A DNA stretch of 63,933 nt, the filler included, from Olpidium bornovanus S191 (Eukaryota; Fungi; Olpidiomycota), in the NCBI GenBank assembly GCA_017911155.1. It is 29 parts of 29 records of this genome, joined end to end, with 100 filler letters (N's around TTAATTAATTAA, not from the genome) between each part and the next. Parts side by side here need not be neighbours in the genome. Positions count along the whole stretch, not along the records: positions 9,129 to 10,933 come from JAEFCI010012573.1; positions 11,034 to 12,286 come from JAEFCI010002818.1; positions 12,387 to 15,612 come from JAEFCI010005912.1; positions 15,713 to 17,093 come from JAEFCI010009150.1; positions 17,194 to 18,241 come from JAEFCI010008613.1; positions 18,342 to 20,105 come from JAEFCI010002346.1; positions 20,206 to 23,929 come from JAEFCI010000855.1; 22 more parts are not named here. One strand, 5' to 3'. The position numbers were made by a program, and so were the translations under genes. Positions 10,201 to 22,592 of this stretch are shown here, piece after piece (within the stretch, counting starts at the first letter, position 1; each line of letters begins with the position of its first letter). The notes below the pieces were generated by a model. The model searched no databases, was not told the DNA's origin, and was given only the letters and a program-made list of their open reading frames with translations.

Positions 10201-11660
10201 GCCTGTCATGGTCCCTTTCTGATCGCTCTTTTCCGCTCTCTCTCCCTCTCTCTCTCTCTCTCTGCCTCTCCCCGGACTGCCGCGTGCCTCCTCCTCCTCT
10301 TCCTCCTCTCCTTCTCGTGCGGTCGATCCGCCTGTCTCAAAGTCCGGTTGCCATCCCCCGCCCAGACTCAAACACAACCCACGCCGGCGTCACCCCCACC
10401 GCCCCCGCGGAAGAAACCGCAAAATACGCTTTTATCTGCTTCTGGTGACCCGGGAGACCGCACGCGCTACACGCCGGACGACTGCAGACGACGAAGAGGA
10501 CAGAGCCTGGCCGCGGCCGACTTGACCACCCCACATACACTAAAAGCTTCCCATTTTCCCCGAGCCGTCGCCGCCTCCCCCCCTCTCACTCGCGCACGCA
10601 CTTTTTTTTTTTCTTTCTTTCTTTGTTTTTCTTCACAAACAGTCTGGGTGACCTCCGGACTCTTGGTGATACCGGCCCAGCGTTGTAAACCTCGCGTCAA
10701 ATCAAGAATTCGGTATGCCGCAATTTTCGATCGGAGACCTAACCCCTGGCCTATTGGCTGTCTTCGTGTCGTCGTGCAGACGAATGTATGTTTGTACAGG
10801 AGAAACGTTACGGGTCTAATGCGCATTGTACCCTGAACGCAGACAAGTTTTTTTGGGCGACCGTTGAGGGGAATGGCGCAAAACAGTTACATATAAATAG
10901 GACGAAAATGCTATGAAAGAATGATTCATGATCNNNNNNNNNNNNNNNNNNNNNNNNNNNNNNNNNNNNNNNNNNNNTTAATTAATTAANNNNNNNNNNN
11001 NNNNNNNNNNNNNNNNNNNNNNNNNNNNNNNNNCATGCCCTGAACGTTCGGGAAGTGGAACGCACAGAATTTGAAAAAAAAAATTGACCACGCTCCCAAT
11101 TCCCCCTCCCCCTCCCCCTGGTTGAATTGATTCCGTGGAGGGAGAAAGGGTATCAAGAGAAACGAAAGAAAAAGAAACGAGAAAGAAACGAAAAAAACGA
11201 GAGAGCGAGAGAGAGAGGGAAAGAGAGTGCCGACACTTCTCCCGCAATTTCGATACGCGGGCGCGAGTGGAGCTTTCCCCCCTTTCTGGCACTGGGAAAC
11301 GCCCACTAAACGGGGTCCCGGTGTTAGTCCCGCAACAAAGCTTTCCGTAGGAAACCGTGCAGCAACGCCCAATTTCGAACCGCGCCGGAAACGAGATGCC
11401 AACCAGGAGGGTGGTGGGGGAATATTCAAGTAGTTCAAACCAAACCTGTTCAGGGAACAGCCGCGACGGATGCCGAACGTCAGCCGGATGGCCGTGGTAA
11501 AAACGGAGAGGGGTCGAAGGAAAGCAGTAAACGCGGAGCCAACGAGGAGTGAAGGAGCGCAATTATCTAGGCTGTTATAGAAATTGCGCAAAAAAACCCC
11601 CCTCCGGCACGGCACAGGATAAAGCTCCGGCCGACTCTGGGTGGACGGTTCGCGCCGAAA

Positions 11661-12242
11661 CTAGGCTTCTGTCTTCTCGCCCTCCGGCGCCTCGTCGTCC
11701 TTGGGCGCGTCCGCCTTATCAGCTACGGAATCCGGAAAAGCGAACGCAATTCCAAGGCAGCTGTGTCAGCATTTAAACCCCTTTCGCTCCCGGAAAACAT
11801 TCCTTATCTTCCGTCAAAAAAATAAGACAACCAAAAAAGAAACACAGAATAAAGACAAAAACGGTATGAGACTGCTCAGACACCAAAAAGCCCCTTCCCA
11901 CCGTTGTCCATGTCGCTGGTCCACAGGGTGAGATTGTCGCGCAGGAGCTGCATGATGAGAGTCGAATCCTTGTAGCTGTCCTCAGACAGCGTATCCAACT
12001 CGGCAATGGCGTCATCAAACGCCTGTTTAGCTAGGTGGCAAGCCCGGTCGGGGCTGTTAAGAATTTCGTAGTAGAACACGGAGAAGTTGAGAGCCAAGCC
12101 CAGACGAATCGGGTGGGTGGGCGCCAAGTCGGTCTGGGCGATGTCCGATGCTTGCTTGTACGCGTCATGAGCGGCGTTGGCCGACTCTTTCCGCTTGTCA
12201 CCTGCTGCGAACTCTGCAAGGTAGCGGTGGTAATCGCCCTTC
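11661..12242 (-). CDS. BMH1: 14-3-3 protein, last two exons (11902-12242, 11661-11722)
   Basis: [11 protein letters not shown]...[70 protein letters not shown]; GT-AG intron to [20 protein letters not shown]. Confidence 0.97.
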
Positions 12243-12505
12243 CTTTTGGTTTTGGTTTGTAATCGGAATCGAGCGAGAGGGAAGACNNNNNNNNNNNNNN
12301 NNNNNNNNNNNNNNNNNNNNNNNNNNNNNNTTAATTAATTAANNNNNNNNNNNNNNNNNNNNNNNNNNNNNNNNNNNNNNNNNNNNCATGACATTTCAAA
12401 AAATATTTCGCACCATTCGCCGCGGCTGGCGTTGAAACATTCATTTCCTTGCTGACAGATCGCCAATGCTCACGCTGGCGCAGCCTGGAGGGTCCGATAT
12501 CTTCT

Positions 12506-14905
12506 CTAACTCCCAGCCGGTCGGTAATACGCGGCTTCTTCATTACTTGGCCCTCCTCTGCGGGGCCACTCCAGATCAACCCCGATCGATGGTTGCTTTC
12601 GTTTGCTGAAGATGGCCTCTTCTGCGGTGCGCAGGAATTCCTGTGGTCGCACGCACAGAATTGTTGAGAAATTGGAGACACCTGACGGGTACTCCACCGC
12701 CGTCTTCGGTCGCCCAGCGGCACTTAACGGATCTACTGACTCTATGAGCGCGGTTCGTTGCTGCGCAACGCGTCCTTGGCGATCAGCTTCTTGATCGCTG
12801 AACCGGTCTCCACGAGAAAGCTGCGCCGGCTCCTCCGGAAGTGGTCGCTTGCGGTTCGGCGGCAAGTCGTCCATCCGCGAACGATCCTTTCCACTTTCGA
12901 CGTCCCTACAGGATCGGCGGGCGAGGGAACGTGTTTCGGGCGGTTAACGGAACGCCGGCGCCATTTTTGACGGGTTCCGCGAGGACGGCGGTAGCTCCAG
13001 ATTCACTGAGGAGGTGCGGGACACGAAGCACGGTAGCCGTACACACATTTGGATCTGTTCCCGCAAGTCGCCGCGGTGCGGCACAGGCCGGCGCAGGGAA
13101 ACGCCGGCGGTTCTCTGGAAAGACGCCGCCTGTCGGCGATCGTCACGGCACTCGACGTCTCTCCGCTCGTCCACGTGTGTCGGGATAGCACTGGGACGTA
13201 AATTGCTTCGCAGAACGGTCCTGCCTTCCGCAAACGGACTTTCCAGGGCCTCAACTTTTCGATGATGCACACCTCTTATCGGACACGGTGACTCATAGTA
13301 CCTTCCCGCTGCCGGTGACGTCGGTGCGCCCAGCACGATGGGGTCTTCAAATCTCCTGGCGCGCTCATTAGCTACCGGCTCCAGATTTGCACCGGTACGT
13401 CGCACCAAATCGATAGTACAAGCCGCCACCGGGAGGCGCTCCTCCCGGCGTTTCATGTCCCTCCGATCGTCCGCGCGCGACGGGAAACCCAAAAGCGGAT
13501 CGTCTCGCGGCGCGGTCCTGCCTCCCGCAGGTAGGCGTTCCACGCCGTCATTGTCCCGACGCGGCACTTCTCGAGTAGGACTTGGAGTATTGTAGCGTCT
13601 TCCCGACACAGGCGATGTCGGCGCTCCCCGAACAAGGGGGCCGTCAAATTTCCTAGTGCGCTCGCACGCTACCGGCTCCAGGTTTGCACCTGACATCTCG
13701 GTGTCCCCCCCGCCTCGACGCCTAGGTCTACGATCGCGGCGGTGACTGTCCGATCTGCTTGGCCGCCCGCTCCTCTCCGATCCTCGATCACTGTTAGCGG
13801 GACTGAGGCCAACGCCCGGTGGCATTTCGAGCCTTGAGATCCTTTCGACGCCAGTGCTGAGGGGCACCAGGTTCGCTCCTGTCGATGTCGCTATCGTGCG
13901 CCGTGCCTCACGCCGGACATCCCCACTGCGCCGTCGGCGCGTTGAAGAGGGTTCCAATTGCTCGCTGCTGCCCCTCGGTGGCTCCCGTGGCCGTTCCGTT
14001 CTCGGATACGGTGGCGTAATGACAGCGTCGGTTTGCGTTGTAACTCCGATCGCGCCGGAGGAAGCCGGCGCGCCCTCGGGTTCGTACTTGCGCCATGAAC
14101 ATGAATCTTGTCGCCGGCGCGAATGATTTGCGTTGACCTCCAGGCTCGACTGCGACGCTGGGCTCGCCGGCGACCGCCTCACCTGCAGTTTATCAGAGTT
14201 CCGCAAATCCCCTGATTGCGCCGTACGAATTGAAGAGAGGTCGGACGATCTACAACGCTCTCGATCCAAGTCGCCCCGAAATTCCAATTTCTCAATAGCT
14301 TTCGAGACGGATGCCGAAAGCCGTTTTCCGGCGCTTCGGTCGGACGCCGAGGACGTTACAGAAGGCACACGCGAATCCTCTCCGCTATCGCCATCTCCGG
14401 CACGGCTCTGGCTCTGACTACAACCTTCGAAAGTCCGCCGATCTTCTCCCTGAGGTGATGCCAAAGATTCCGAGCGCCGGGAATCTAAACGGACAAGTGA
14501 CCGCTGTAGTTTAGAGTGCGGCTTCAGAGCAAAATGTGGTCGCGGCGCTGTCAATACGCCGAAGAGCAGCCGCTTGGCAAAAGCAACCATACCAGCAAGT
14601 TCAACTCCTTGACCAAATTTGCGTGCCCCTCCTTCCGATTTCGAGGACGCTCCTTCCGGGTTGGCAGCATGCTGCGGCCCGTCATCAGTTCCACAACCTT
14701 CTTTCGCGTTCTTATTTGTGATCTCAGCAGGTGGATGTTGCGGTTCCCCCCCGGCGACTCTAGTTTCTTGCACGACAGCGCACGGCGGTCCCAAAAGGGG
14801 GAAAGTGGGAGCGTCTTCGACGACGTTGTCCGCCAAAATGTGCCTCAGGATGTCATCCTCTTCGTCTCCGCTGTAATCTACCTCGTCGTACAGGGTTTCA
14901 AAGCG
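12506..14905 (-). CDS. Hypothetical Ser/Arg-rich disordered protein with three GANL-motif repeats (multi-exon)
   Basis: 630-aa open exon preceded by LARFETLYDEVDYSGDEEDD; probable terminal exon 12506-12874. Confidence 0.6.
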
Positions 14906-15719
14906 GGCAAGGCCTGTTCGCGCGAAAAGCGGAGGTCGGACCGGCGGTCGCGGTCAGACCTACGGCAAACCTACACTCTTGGGCACTGACTACTCGAAGT
15001 AAACCCGTGACGCGAAGGAACGTGTACCGTTAAGGCCATCAGGCGACCCGTTTGGCTGCAGCAGAAAAAAATAAGCGGTCGAACGGGGCCCGTTCAATTC
15101 CCGCAGCCCGAAACCCGTTTCCGGGATTGCCGTATTGCAGGCTCAAGATGGCGACCGGTACCTTCGTCATCCCACAGCTCTCTTTCAGGACGAGCGGGCG
15201 GGCCCAACGTGCGAGGAAGCAAAGCGAGGGAAGCTGACAGTGTCGACTCGAGACCGTGGACGCGCCGGCGTGACGCCTTCGGCGCTCAGCAACACCCGGA
15301 AAAGTGGCGACTCTCGGTTGGGCGCGAGAGAGCCGGTCTTCTTCGCAAGGCGACGCCCGAGAACGGCAGGAAGCCGGGAAGGGACGGGCAAGGGGTAAAC
15401 GCGAGCGGAGGAGCGCGCAAGCGCTCACGCAAAAGGCCGACGGCGCCAGGCGTACCGGAAGCTCTCCGCGGGAAGGCGGGGAGGCTCAGGGGGCGTTGGC
15501 CGGAAGGCAAAGAGGCCGGCGCTATGTCGTCCGAAGCGGGCAAACACACAACGTAGGGCGACAGTCAGGCAAGGGGAAGGGGGGCGGGGGGAGGCGGGGG
15601 TGGAGTGGAGGGNNNNNNNNNNNNNNNNNNNNNNNNNNNNNNNNNNNNNNNNNNNNTTAATTAATTAANNNNNNNNNNNNNNNNNNNNNNNNNNNNNNNN
15701 NNNNNNNNNNNNTTTGGGA

Positions 15720-15756
<37 letters not shown>

Positions 15757-15794
15757 CGGGGGGGCGCGGGGGGGGGGGGGGGGGGGGGGGGGGG

Positions 15795-15832
<38 letters not shown>

Positions 15833-16046
15833 AGAGTGCCCCCAGGCCGCGAGAGCGCCTTGGGCCGCAGTCTCTCTGTTGGCTGTGCCGGCAAGCAGCG
15901 AGGCGGCGTCCGCCGGTCGTGTCGGAACCGCCGCGCCAGTCCAGCCGCCGCCACGCCGCCACGCGAGTGCCGCTTGTCAGACGTCTACGCCGCACGGGCG
16001 CGCGAGGAGCAGCCGGGGCAGAGAAGACGCGGCCGCCCGCAGGAAA

Positions 16047-16950
16047 ATGTTCTCGCGCACCCACTTTTGCCTGCCGCCCCAGGACGACGGGTTCGCGTAC
16101 GCGTTCCTCGACCGCCCCTTCGTTGCGCACCAGCAGCAGCTGCAGGTGGGCGGAGTTGGCGGCGTCCCTGCCGCCGCGGGCCACGCGCTTTTCAACCCGG
16201 CCGCGATCTTAGCGCCCGCGGGCCCGCAGCACTCGCCCGCGGTCGGGAAACCTCCGCCGCGCGGGCCCGCCTCGTACCGTTACGAGAAGCCGCTGAGCTC
16301 CTTCGACCAGGAGCTCACGATATGGATCGACCACCCGGTCGCCTCCATGTCCATATCCCCGTCGTCGAGGGACGTTGTACTGGCCTCGTACGTTTCTCCT
16401 TTTGCCTTGCCGTCGAAGCTAACAGTGATACAAGGCGGGCGACCCTCCCCCGGCCCGCGGTTGACGCTGGCCGAACTTGTTTCGCAGGAGACGCGGACTC
16501 ATCATCATCGACCTTGAAAACCCGTACGAGCCACCGCGCATCCTGACGTACGTGACGCGCTGGGAGGTGGCCGACGTGCAGTGGAACCCCCACCGCGCCC
16601 GGGAGGACTGGGTGGCGTCCGCCGTACGTGGCGGAAAAGCGGAAAGCGTCCACCGCCAAAATTTTTTTCCCCGCTTTGCCTCGCACCCACCCCGCCGAGC
16701 TGACCCGCACCCATTACTTCTGCGGAACGATTGGACTAGTCCAACCAAAAAGCGGTCGTCTGGAACCTGTCCCACGCGGCGCCGAAGCCGGTCGAGGAGA
16801 TTCTCCACGGTCACGACCGGGCCATAAGCGACGTCAATTGGTCGCCCCATGTACCAGAGGTGCTTGCCACCTGTTCCGTGGACGCGTACGTCCACTTGTG
16901 GGACTTGCGGTCGCTGCCGAAGCCGGCTGTGTCCTTTTGCGCCTGGACGG
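16047..16950 (+). CDS. MTC5: GATOR2/SEACAT subunit WDR59/Sea3, N-terminal WD40 exons (partial)
   Basis: SMSISPSSRDVVLAS/RRGLIIIDLENPY...WEVADVQWNPH/SNQKAVVWNL...HGHDRAISDVNWS...LATCSVDAYVHLWDLR with GT-AG introns. Confidence 0.92.
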
Positions 16951-16963
16951 GTGGGATCCGTCG

Positions 16964-17009
<46 letters not shown>

Positions 17010-18341
17010 CGCCTGTGTTTTGGGGGAAAAACATCTCTTTTCCTTTTGGGGGGGCCCGCCGCGGGCCCAGGGGCAACACCAAAAAAAAAAAAANNNNNNN
17101 NNNNNNNNNNNNNNNNNNNNNNNNNNNNNNNNNNNNNTTAATTAATTAANNNNNNNNNNNNNNNNNNNNNNNNNNNNNNNNNNNNNNNNNNNNAAATTCA
17201 ATGCCCAAAAATCCGGCTTTGCGATCCGGTGGGGTTGGAGCGGGATGATATATATGCCGAAACGACCGTCCAAGCGCAAGAGGCCGCAGCACGGGGGCCA
17301 AGGAGCAGATCATGAGCTCTGCGCGATTCTGGCGTTTGGTTGCCGCCCAAATTTCCTTCAGCGAGGGGACCGGGGCGGGCCCGCCCGCCGCCAAGCGCAG
17401 CTCCCGCCCGCCACGAAGCCGGCTGCGCGCAGCCCGCCGAAGGCGTCGACCGGCACTGCAGGCAGGGCCAGCGGGGCGTGGACCCGCGCCCGCGGTTCCG
17501 CCAAATCAAAAACCAAACGCCCCCAGACAGAATACAAGAAAAGTTATTTGCTTCTAACAGGTACGCGGCAGGGAGTCCTGGGGGGAAGCTTTTTTTTTCG
17601 GTTTTTCTTTTTTTTTTGTTCTTTAATTTTGTCCGATTCGCGTTTGCAAGAGAAAGAATGCTGCGGCGGCACCTGAAAGAGCGCCCGGCGCGCCCCCGGC
17701 GGGCTTCGTTCCTCTGCCGGCCGCCTGGGCCTTGCGGGGAAAGGCAAAAAACGCGGCGACGCTCGACGACCCCAGTTTGGTCAGCGGCGGCCGGGGGCCG
17801 TTTCGTCCCGGCGTCGCCGCGCGGAGGCGATGTGAGTTTCTGGAAATGAAAGGCCCCTGCTTTACCCCCGCGGCCCACCCCTCTAGGATCTGACCCGCGG
17901 AAACCACGAGGACCCCCGCCCCCCCACTCCCCACCCGCAAGCAACGCGAAGGGAGACCAGAGCGAAAAGTCACGGGGAAAAAGAAATGCTCCGTAAGGGG
18001 CGTCGTTCGTCCAGAGTTTATCCACCGCCGCCCGCCGGGATATCCCGCTCTGCTTCGGCTGCGCTGCCCTCGGCGGGACGGACCGCGACCCGGTCGACTG
18101 TTCCGCTCCTAAAAAGCTGAAACCGAGAAACGGTTCTGCGAAATTTGCCAATGTTAAGCAGCCGCCCGGCAGCACGTGTAATCCACGACGAGTAGCGGCT
18201 CCGGCGCGGAACTCTTTCTGTTTGGCTGTGGAAAGAGCATGNNNNNNNNNNNNNNNNNNNNNNNNNNNNNNNNNNNNNNNNNNNNTTAATTAATTAANNN
18301 NNNNNNNNNNNNNNNNNNNNNNNNNNNNNNNNNNNNNNNNN

Positions 18342-19287
18342 CATGGCTGACTTTTCAACCCGACACAACGTCTTCGTCCAAACCACACTCGGGTACCCGT
18401 TGATACTTGGTCAACCGTGGCGAGCTCAACTAAAGTATACGAGCGCGTGGAAGGCCGACGGAGGTGAGGTGGGCCAGGGCACACCACCAGATGGCGTGAC
18501 GACAATTCCATTCGCTGTGGTCGATAAGGATGACGAGAGGATTTTTACGAGGAGGGGTTGTAGGGCCCCCGCCAACCGCTAGTTCGAACCAACAAGAGGG
18601 CACATCGAATAGTGATCACGCACACCCACCCGATCCGGGCGGAAGAAGGGTTTGGCTCTCACCAGATGGAAGATCGAGTTGTTTCTAGTCAACCATCGGT
18701 GAGTCATCGAAGTGGACGAAGCCAGCAGCGCGGAACATCGCTATTTTGATCAGAAGTTCATTGACCATATCCAAAACAATCTCAGAATTCGCAAGTGATC
18801 CAGTCGAAGCCAGGATCCTCGCAGCCATCAGCCGGGAGCACAACGGGATTGTGTCGCTGGGGACCATCGAGGAGTATGGGGTACTGAAGGACTGGATCGC
18901 GAACGACAACCTTCAAATGACCTCGTTATCTGCCACCACCGAGGCGGCAGGAACTTTTTATCGAAGCTTTGATGCGGAGCACGACAGTTTATTAATCAAC
19001 GCGCGGTGTGACACAGTGTACAAATTCTTCGATAAGAAGATCCGTCCGGCCACGGTGCCGTTACCGACCGACGCCCGCAAACGGGTAGAGAGGGCGAAGC
19101 TCGAGCCCCCGCTACGAAGCCCCGCCACCATCGGCCACACGTTTACGACCGAGACACTCAACCAGCTCCGGATCGGCAATGATGGATTACTGACGCGGGA
19201 AGAGCAGGAGGAGTTCAAGGAAATGGTTTCACGTCACGGGAAGGCGTTTGCCTTCGCAGACAGCGAGATCGGCTGTGTTTATCCTGA
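18342..19287 (+). mobile_element. Ty3/gypsy pol fragment (protease C-terminus to just before RT), disrupted
   Basis: YPLILGQPW; TVYKFFDKKIRPATVPLP; IGHTFTTETLNQLRIG...LLTREEQEEFKEMVSRHGKAFAFADSEIGC. Confidence 0.8.
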
Positions 19288-19781
19288 CGCGGAGGCAGCG
19301 CGGTCGCCGGTAATCGCTACACGTTGCCGCTGCGGAAACCCCTGCCTCCACTCAAACAGGGGGCGGAAGAGAGGGGCACGCTGGTCGTAAAACCGGCCCG
19401 GGAAACGAAGGGAAAGGCGCGCGCGCGCGCGAAAAGACCGGGGCGAGACGGGGAGGCCGCCGGAGGAACCTTTTGCGCGAGGAACTCCGTCGTTGATCTC
19501 CGTCACCCTTTTTTCCTTTGGACTCGGCTGACGAGGTTTTCGCAGGGGTCGCTAGGTGAACCGGCTCTCCCCCTGACCGGGGCCCCTGACCCCGTCCGCC
19601 CTTCCGCGCGCGCCCCCCGGCCCGCCGCCCGCCGCCCGTCCCCGGCCCAGCGCCCGTCGCGGCCTCAACCCGGGCAGGGCCCACACACCCCCCGCCGACC
19701 GGGCGGGAAGTTCGACCGGGGCGGCGGCCGCGGATCACGGAGGGCGGCGGGGCGGAAGAAGCGGGCGGAAAAATAAATAAA

Positions 19782-19877
19782 ATGATAAACCCGCACCTGA
19801 GGAGCGCCCTCCTCGGCGGGCTCAAGTTTGGGTTCGCGGTCCACTTCGTCGGGGAGTACTTCGTGTGCCCGACGATG
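19782..19877 (+). CDS. First exon of a probable mitochondrial inner-membrane peptidase (IMP1-like, S26)
   Basis: MINPHLRSALLGGLKFGFAVHFVGEYFVCPTM then GT donor; matches the IMP1 N-terminus before the GPSM motif, which is not present. Confidence 0.5.
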
Positions 19878-20024
19878 GTACGCCTTACCCTCCCCCATCT
19901 TTTGCGGGACTTGTCGGATCGCCCGCTCGAATCCACCCCCGTTTCTCCCTCTTGTCTCTCTTATCTCTCTCTTTCTCTCCTTCCCGTGCAGAGAGAGAGT
20001 AAAAAAGACATTTGCCACCGCCGC

Positions 20025-20087
<63 letters not shown>

Positions 20088-20940
20088 CCCCCCCCCCCCG
20101 CCGCCNNNNNNNNNNNNNNNNNNNNNNNNNNNNNNNNNNNNNNNNNNNNTTAATTAATTAANNNNNNNNNNNNNNNNNNNNNNNNNNNNNNNNNNNNNNN
20201 NNNNNCATGATCATCCAGATCAAGACCCAGAGTACGGTGTGTATAGTGCGCTAGCGCGGTGGTAAGCCGTAGCGCCGGCAAATTCCCACCACGCTGTGGC
20301 CGCGGAGATTAATTCCAAGGCCTGGCACCAGTACCGGCGCCAAAATAACGGCCTGTGGAATATCTCCGAGACCGCCGCCAGTACCGGTGCCGCAATAAGA
20401 GATATCACAAAATATCTCCGAGCCCGCCACTATTGCATAACCGAGACCAAGGAAGGCAGGTTTTCAAGGCGGCGCAGGGTCTCTTATTCGTGGGACAGTT
20501 TATGCTAAGAGTGGGCGAGTGCGCGTCAAGAGAGAGAGGGAGAGAGAGTGGGAGGAAGGAGAGTCGGCTGCCTTTCGTGTGGGTTCGCACGCGTTTAGGG
20601 GGAGAATAAGAAGCCTATGCGTAGTACACAATTGCTCCGTGGCAACCAGCCTCTCACTCTTTTGCAATAGTTGGAATTCTATGCTCGGTTTCTGGAATTT
20701 AATGCGCGGTTTTTGGTTTCCTCACGGTTTCTCCCGTTTTCCCCTCGTACCCTTCGTTCCCCTTCACTACAGACGCCCCCCCCAGGACTGACGAGCTTGT
20801 TTCGGAAGTCACGGAGTATCACGTGGCTGACAGCTCTTTTGGTTTTTAACGAGTCAGATTTGGCTCCACCAACGCCACTTGCCCCGCACCATTACCCCGC
20901 ACTTCAGTCTCCGCCGCGTCCACCCGTCCACCCAGCCACA

Positions 20941-22153
20941 ATGTCTTTCTCTGCGTCCGCTGCCCCTGCGTCCACCCCGTCCGCCTTCACCGAGAGGCGT
21001 CTCAACATCGCCACCCGTCAGATCTACACGGCCTTCTGGGCGCACCAATTGCGCGATTCCCGCAGCTTGCTTGCTGCCGCGGCTCCGTGCATTGCCGATC
21101 GGCCAACACCAGAACGCCAATGCATGATTCGCTTTATCCATTACGCGTGGAGGTTTCGCGCCGCCCACGAGGACGGAAGTATCGAAGTCTGCGTCGCCCT
21201 TCTCCAGTAAGTTCTGGTCCCTCCTTCGTACTGCAACTCCACTTCGATAAATAACCTCTTCCACGTCTACTTGCAGACTTCGCCGATCGATCATTGACGC
21301 CTTCCTCCAGGTCATGAATTGGCCAGCCTCCTTTTGGCTTCCCGCGGATCCTCGCAATCTGGAATTTCTGTTCTTGCCATCAGACACGCAGTATTGTGGC
21401 CCCGGCGGCCCCGAAGATCGTGATTACAATCTGCGTCCCGCTCCCGTTGCCGACGACAGTTATATTCAGGTTCGCGTCCTCATGCCCCCGGTCTCTCCGC
21501 TGCAGCCAGGCGCCGAGCTCGCAGACGATGCTCCGGCAGCCATTTCTCCCCGCGCCCGGAACTCTTGGTTCCCGGAGCTCCGCCAAAGCGCCAAATCCTA
21601 TAATTTTCTCCGCCGGCTCGCGGTCGCACGAGAGGACCCTCCCATCGACATGTCCCGGGTCGACCAGGGCCAAACGCGCTCACGAAATTTTCTTTTCTCA
21701 GACATTTGGCGGAACGTTCCGCGCGACGACGACGACAATCCCGAGGGAGGCGGACGGGACGAGGGCGCCCCTCCCCTTTCGGATTGCGTTACGCGGTCGC
21801 AGGCTCGCGCCAGCCACGCCTCCGCGTCGACGACCAGACACGCGCCTGCCCCGGCAACATCTGGCTCCACCTCCGCCTCCACAACAAGTCGCAGGATCGC
21901 GACCGCCACCGCCCCCAGCAGTCTTCATAGCACACGGTCGCGGACAACCGCCGCCGTCGCCCTTCCGTCGTTGACCTCCGCCTCTTCGGTCCCCGTGCCC
22001 CTTGCTACCAGCGAGCCTTCCTCGGTGGCCGCGCCCGCGCCGCCATCTGCCAGCGGGTCTTCCTCGGCGACCATTGCTCCCGGCGGGGCTTCCTCCAGCG
22101 GCAACGCGTCGGCTCCCGGCTCGGCAGCAGCTGACACGCCGCCCGCTTCGTAG
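20941..22153 (+). CDS. Spliced gene of unknown family, antisense to the neighbouring gypsy integrase (exons 20941-21206, 21277-22153)
   Basis: GTAAGT donor at 21207 and TTGCAG acceptor at 21276 join two ORFs in frame (..CVALLQLRRSIIDAFLQVMNWPA..); paralog at 8661-9028. Confidence 0.75.
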
Positions 22154-22592
22154 TCGCAACGCTATTCCCCTTTCCCCTTCCCTCCAGAGGAAAACAAAAT
22201 AAAAAAAACCGTGAGTATGGTGGAATTTCGAGATCAAGTTTTGGAATTTGGTCTTGGCATTTGGTAGTTGAAACTTGGTCGCCCTGCCTCCTTCATTCGA
22301 GATCCCCGCCATCCCTTCCTCGCCTTCAACCTGACGTTTGGAGCCTCGACGCGCCACACTCCCTCTCGTCGACCTAACCGTCCATAACGCCGCAGATAGC
22401 ACTGTCAGCAAACGTGGTCGACGAGCGAGTATGGTCCGGTCCCGAATGCGTCCTCCGGCAATTTTCCGCGTCCCACGCTGCACGACTTTTTATTTATCCC
22501 GCGTCTCCCGATGGGTATCCAACAATCATAGACTGCCTACGTATCCTCGACGAAGAATCAGGGCGTCGTAGTTCAAATATGCTCGTTGTGTG

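Noticed and set aside
17194-18241. Candidate minus-strand exon (..SLKEIWAATKRQNRAELMICSL..)
   Set aside because: No recognisable family, and the frame cannot be decided
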